Origin: an uncultured delta proteobacterium
GTDB taxonomy: Bacteria; Myxococcota_A; Polyangia; Polyangiales; Polyangiaceae
Reading direction: 5' to 3'
NCBI GenBank assembly: GCA_963696385.1
Contig: CAVOKF010000004.1
Span: 448,001 to 512,000, forward strand
DNA: 64,000 nucleotides
In this document: one piece after another, positions 59,579 to 64,000 of the stretch
Layout of the letters: every line of letters starts with the position of its first letter
Position numbering within the stretch: the first letter of the stretch is position 1
Notes under the pieces: model-generated
Databases searched by the model: none
Told to the model about the DNA's origin: nothing
What the model saw: only the letters and a program-made list of their open reading frames with translations
Translations under genes and position numbers: made by a program

Positions 59579-62515
59579 ATGCGTCGCGGGCGGCATCGCT
59601 CCCCAGCTACCGGGACAGCCACGGGCAAAGGCGCCCGCGAGCCTGACTTCGTCGAGATTACTGGGGCGCGCGAGCACAACCTGGCCGTCGCGTATCTCGC
59701 CATCCCGAAGCGGCAGTTCGTGGTCTTCACCGGGCCCAGCGGATTGGGAAAATCCAGCCTCGCGTTCGACACGCTCTATGCGGAGGGGCAGCGCCGCTAT
59801 GTCGAGACCCTGAGCGCCTACGCGCGCCAGTTCCTCGGACAGCTCGAACGTCCCAAGGTAGACCATCTCCGGGGTCTTTCGCCGACCATCGCCATCGAGC
59901 AGAAGAGCGCTTCGAACAACCCAAGGTCCACCGTCGGCACCATCACCGAGATCTACGACTACTTGCGTGTCCTCTACGCAAAGCTCGGCCAACAGCGCTG
60001 CCCTTCGTGCGGCAAAAAGGTCGCCGCCGAGGGCCCGCAATCGGTGACGCGCGAGATCCTGGCCTTGCCCGAGGGAACGAGGATCACGGTCTTGGCACCC
60101 CTTGTCGTCCACCGTAAGGGCGAGTTCAAGGAACTCTGGGACGAGCTACGCGGGCGCGGCTTCGTGCGGGTGCGGCTCGACGGGCGGGTTCATCTCCTCG
60201 ACGCATTGCCTGCGATCGACAAAAGGAAGAAGCACAGCGTGGAGCTCGTCGTCGATCGACTCGTCGTGCGGGCGGCCGAGCGCGCGCGCCTCGCGGAGGC
60301 TGTGGAGCTCGGCCTCCGCGAGGGCAAAGGCAGCCTCATTGTCGAGCGCGCCGACGGCGGGGAGCAGACGTCGTTCAGCGAGGCGCGCGCGTGCTGTGGC
60401 GTTGCGTTTCCGCAGCTGTCGCCGCAGAGCTTCTCTTTCAACTCGCCGTTGGGCATGTGCCACTCGTGTAACGGCCTTGGTCAACGCGAGGTCGTCGACG
60501 CTCGCCTGGTCATCCCTGACCCTTCCCTGTCCATTCGCCACGGCGCGATCGCCCCCTGGGCTGCGGCTATGGCGCGGGGCGAGGGGTGGACGGCAAGGAT
60601 CGTCGACGGCGTCTCGCGCGCATTCGATGTCGACCTGGACGTGCCGTGGGAAAAGATCCCCAAAGCGAAGCAGAAGCTCGTGCTCTATGGCGTCGAGGGT
60701 CAGAAGATCGCCGTTCGCTGGGGCAAGGAAGGGGACCTAAACAGCGGCACCTGGGGGATGCGTTACGAAGGCATCATCAAGAACCTCGAGCGCAAATTCC
60801 ACGAGACCGATTCCGATGCCGCCCGCGACCTTTATCGCCGCTATCTGCGTGTCCAGCCATGCGAGTCGTGCGGGGGACGGCGGCTGCGGCGCGAGAGCCT
60901 GGCGGTCTTCGTCAGCGGCAAGACGATCGCGGACGTGACCCACATGACGGTGGCCGACGCTGCTGCCCACGTCGCGACGCTCAAGCTATCGCCCTCCGAG
61001 AAGGCGATTGGCGAGGGAGCGCTGCGCGAGGTCCAGAGCCGCCTCAAGTTTCTCCTCGACGTGGGGCTCGAGTACCTCGCGCTCGAGCGCGGCGGGCCGA
61101 CTCTCTCGGGTGGCGAGGCGCAGAGGATACGGCTCGCGAGCCAGCTCGGCAGCGAGCTCTCCGGGGTCATGTACGTGCTCGACGAGCCAAGCATCGGCCT
61201 TCACCCGCGCGACAACGCGCGACTCATCGCGACCCTCCGTCGGCTGCGCGACCTCGGCAACACCGTCATCGTGGTAGAGCACGACGAAGAGACCATCCGG
61301 GCGGCGGACCACGTGGTCGACTTCGGGCCCGGCGCTGGGCATATGGGCGGCAAGGTCACGTTCGAGGGAACGCCCGAGGGGCTCCTCTCGAGCGCGAGTC
61401 TGACGGGTGAGTACCTTGCTGGCAGGCTGCGCATCGAGCTGCCTCGCGAGCGCCGAGCGCCGCGCGCGTGGCTCGAGGTGAAGAAGGCGCGCGAGCACAA
61501 TTTGCGCGGTATTGACGTCCGGTTTCCCCTCGGCGTGCTTACCGCGGTGACGGGTGTGAGCGGCGCGGGCAAGAGCTCGCTGGTCAACGGCATTCTGCTG
61601 CCGGCCCTCGCGCGCTTGCTCCACGACAGCGCTGCCCCCGTGGGCGACCATGGAGAGATCCTCGGCCTATCCGCCCTCGACAAGGTCATCGCCATCGACC
61701 AGCAGCCCATCGGGAGGACCCCGCGCTCCAACGCGGGCACCTACACGAAAGCCTTCGACGCGATCCGCGGCGTGTTCGCGGAGCTCGCCGAGGCACGCAC
61801 CCGCGGATGGGACGCCGGTCGGTTCAGCTTCAATATGAAGGGGGGACGTTGCGAGACGTGCGCAGGGGGCGGGATGGTCAAGGTCGAGATGCACTTTCTC
61901 GCCGACATCTGGGTCCCGTGCGAGGCATGTGGCGCCAAGCGCTACAACGCCGAGACGCTGGACGTCAGGTTCAAGGGCAAGTCCATCTACGACGTGCTCG
62001 AGTCTAGCGTCGACGATTGCCGGGAGCTCTTTCGTGCGTTTCCCGCGCTGTCGCGCATCTTGGGCACGCTCGGGGAGGTGGGGCTCGGCTACATGAAGAT
62101 CGGTCAACCGGCGACCACTTTGAGCGGGGGTGAGGCTCAGCGAGTGAAGCTCAGTCGCGAGCTCGGCAAGGTGCAGACGGGCCGTACCCTCTATGTGCTT
62201 GACGAGCCGACGACCGGGCTGCACTTCGACGACATCAAGAAGCTCCTCGCGGTGTTGCAGCGGCTGGTCGACGCGGGCAATAGCGTGGTCGTCATCGAGC
62301 ACAACCTCGACGTCATCAAGTCGGCGGATTGGGTCATCGACCTCGGACCCGAGGGGGAGCGAGGGGCGGCCTGCTCCTTGCCGAGGGGACACCGGAGACG
62401 GTGGCTTCTTGTGAAGAGTCGTACACGGGTCGCTATCTCGCGCGGCTCCTCACGCGCCGGCGAGCGGCCGGAAGAAAGCCGCGAAAGCCGACGAAGGCTC
62501 GGTAAGTCGTCTTGA
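59579..62515 (+). CDS. uvrA: Excinuclease ABC subunit A; 1-nt deletion near 62353-62357 (corrected end 62505)
   Basis: [25 protein letters not shown], two LSGGEAQR, Zn fingers; the canonical [13 protein letters not shown] tail is in the -1 frame. Confidence 0.95.
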   Translation: MRRGRHRSPATGTATGKGAREPDFVEITGAREHNLAVAYLAIPKRQFVVFTGPSGLGKSSLAFDTLYAEGQRRYVETLSAYARQFLGQLERPKVDHLRGLSPTIAIEQKSASNNPRSTVGTITEIYDYLRVLYAKLGQQRCPSCGKKVAAEGPQSVTREILALPEGTRITVLAPLVVHRKGEFKELWDELRGRGFVRVRLDGRVHLLDALPAIDKRKKHSVELVVDRLVVRAAERARLAEAVELGLREGKGSLIVERADGGEQTSFSEARACCGVAFPQLSPQSFSFNSPLGMCHSCNGLGQREVVDARLVIPDPSLSIRHGAIAPWAAAMARGEGWTARIVDGVSRAFDVDLDVPWEKIPKAKQKLVLYGVEGQKIAVRWGKEGDLNSGTWGMRYEGIIKNLERKFHETDSDAARDLYRRYLRVQPCESCGGRRLRRESLAVFVSGKTIADVTHMTVADAAAHVATLKLSPSEKAIGEGALREVQSRLKFLLDVGLEYLALERGGPTLSGGEAQRIRLASQLGSELSGVMYVLDEPSIGLHPRDNARLIATLRRLRDLGNTVIVVEHDEETIRAADHVVDFGPGAGHMGGKVTFEGTPEGLLSSASLTGEYLAGRLRIELPRERRAPRAWLEVKKAREHNLRGIDVRFPLGVLTAVTGVSGAGKSSLVNGILLPALARLLHDSAAPVGDHGEILGLSALDKVIAIDQQPIGRTPRSNAGTYTKAFDAIRGVFAELAEARTRGWDAGRFSFNMKGGRCETCAGGGMVKVEMHFLADIWVPCEACGAKRYNAETLDVRFKGKSIYDVLESSVDDCRELFRAFPALSRILGTLGEVGLGYMKIGQPATTLSGGEAQRVKLSRELGKVQTGRTLYVLDEPTTGLHFDDIKKLLAVLQRLVDAGNSVVVIEHNLDVIKSADWVIDLGPEGERGAACSLPRGHRRRWLLVKSRTRVAISRGSSRAGERPEESRESRRRLGKSS

Positions 62516-62563
62516 TGAGGCTGAATGGATTCGATTGAAGCGCACGATTTGTCGTCGCCTTCG

Positions 62564-63310
62564 TCACAGCTCTTGGCGCGTCGGCCGGAACAGGATCTCG
62601 TTGATGTCCACGTCCTCCGGCTGGTTGATCGCGAAGGCCACGACCCGTGCGAATGAGTCCGCCGGGATCGCATACGCCTCGTAGAACTTGTGGATGTTGT
62701 CGGAGACGTCCTTCTCGGTGATGCTGTCCGGCAGCTCGGTGGCCACCGCGCCCGGCGAGATCACCGTCGTGCGAATGTTGTAGGGCTTCACCTCCATACG
62801 AAGGCCCTCGGAGATCACGCGCACGGCGTACTTCGTGGCCGAGTAGACGGCGCCACCGGGATTGACCTTGTGCCCGGCCACCGACGACACGTTGATGATG
62901 TGCCCCGCCTTCTGCTGCTTCATGTGGGGCAGCGCTGCCGCGATGCCGTAGAGCACGCCCTTGATGTTCACGTCGATCGTGCGGTCCCAGTCGTCGATCT
63001 TGAGGCGCTCCAGCGGCGAGTGCGGCATCAAGCCTGCGTTGTTGAGCATTACGTCGATGCGACCGTAGGTCTGCACGGCTGCCTCGACGAGCTTCTTCAC
63101 TTGTTCGTGTTGCGTTACGTCCGTCGGCAGGGCAAGCGCCTTGCCACCCCGGCCGCTCAGGTCCTTCGCGAGCGACTGGATGCGCTCGAGACGGCGGGCA
63201 CCCAGGACGACCAGGGCCCCTTCCGCCGAGAGATGCCGGGCTGCCGCTTCGCCCAGCCCGCTGCTCGCGCCCGTGATGACGACGACCTTTCCTTGAATGT
63301 TGGTGCTCAT
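62564..63310 (-). CDS. SDR oxidoreductase (YdfG-like)
   Basis: [17 protein letters not shown]. Confidence 0.92.
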   Translation of the reverse strand: MSTNIQGKVVVITGASSGLGEAAARHLSAEGALVVLGARRLERIQSLAKDLSGRGGKALALPTDVTQHEQVKKLVEAAVQTYGRIDVMLNNAGLMPHSPLERLKIDDWDRTIDVNIKGVLYGIAAALPHMKQQKAGHIINVSSVAGHKVNPGGAVYSATKYAVRVISEGLRMEVKPYNIRTTVISPGAVATELPDSITEKDVSDNIHKFYEAYAIPADSFARVVAFAINQPEDVDINEILFRPTRQEL

Positions 63311-63463
63311 GCTTGGCGCCCTCTACAGGTGACGATACACAGTCGATGGACGTGAACATGCGCCTTCCGCGCCTCGACGGGAAGGCGCATGAGCCTCACG
63401 GGCCGCAGAGGAGATCGTCACGCTCCGGCAAAGGCGCCGCGACCAACCGGCGCAGGGGTTGCC

Positions 63464-63919
63464 ATGGACGGAATCGTGATAAACCTAAAAGGCGTGAAAC
63501 CGCGTCGGTTCGATCGGGGCATCCTCACGGCGCTGGCGGCGGTCGTTCTCGTCGTGGCGGTGTTCGCGGCATCCGCCCGAAAGGCGACTGCCAGCCACCG
63601 CGCGACGACGCCCGGCCAGGGTGACGGAGCGGCGACGAGCGGACCTCCGCCGGACGGCAAGTACGAGAACGTAACGGTCGAGGGACGCATCGTTCCGATG
63701 ATTCACCTGATGAACGGCGGCTCGATCGTGCTCGTCGACACGGACGGCGCCAAGCCGCGGACGTGGGAGGAGCAGTACAAGCGCAAGGGCGAGATGCCGA
63801 ACGGCACGTTCGACATCCACAAGACGAACGTAAACGGGAATGACACGTTCGCCGACGATCCTGTCGACCGAAAGGGTCGCTGGGTCATCGACAGCAACGC
63901 GAACATCCGCGCGTTCTAA
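63464..63919 (+). CDS. Hypothetical secreted/membrane-anchored protein
   Basis: N-terminal hydrophobic helix followed by a soluble domain; no family recognised. Confidence 0.5.
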   Translation: MDGIVINLKGVKPRRFDRGILTALAAVVLVVAVFAASARKATASHRATTPGQGDGAATSGPPPDGKYENVTVEGRIVPMIHLMNGGSIVLVDTDGAKPRTWEEQYKRKGEMPNGTFDIHKTNVNGNDTFADDPVDRKGRWVIDSNANIRAF

Positions 63920-64000
63920 GCGCCGCGCGCCTGCCGACGCGCCGCGACGAGAATCCGTAGCGCTTCGACTGGATCGTCGCTGGACGCAAGGACGACCGGC

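Overview
GC-rich bacterial window, most likely from a myxobacterium (Myxococcota, Polyangiaceae-like). This is inferred from the many lipoproteins with DAG/Ser/Gly-rich linkers, not from a marker gene. Main contents: (1) a radical SAM/SPASM enzyme of the splicease type (PlpX/PcpX-like) translationally coupled to a Zn-ribbon-led lipoprotein-like precursor with repeated XYG motifs, a candidate system for backbone-spliced surface lipoproteins (1178-2997); (2) a coenzyme F420 island: fno, cofE, cofD (1-nt frameshift), cofC, cofH, cofG and two F420-dependent oxidoreductases (13615-19947); (3) a PL4 lyase + GH105 hydrolase rhamnogalacturonan pair; (4) three mobile elements at or ending in CTAG: an internally deleted IS1634-like element with intact TIRs, a complete IS630 with a -1 frameshift site, and a ~100-bp IS630-derived MITE; (5) serpin and bilobed pepsin lipoproteins, AmiE-NamZ and DsbA-NhaA fusions, an ECF sigma/anti-sigma/EF-hand locus, uvrA, and many small accessory genes and gene relics. 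Single-base frameshifts in cofD, uvrA and an ankyrin gene may be long-read errors. No rRNA, tRNA or CRISPR array was recognised. All product calls come from motif recognition by eye; no database searches were run.
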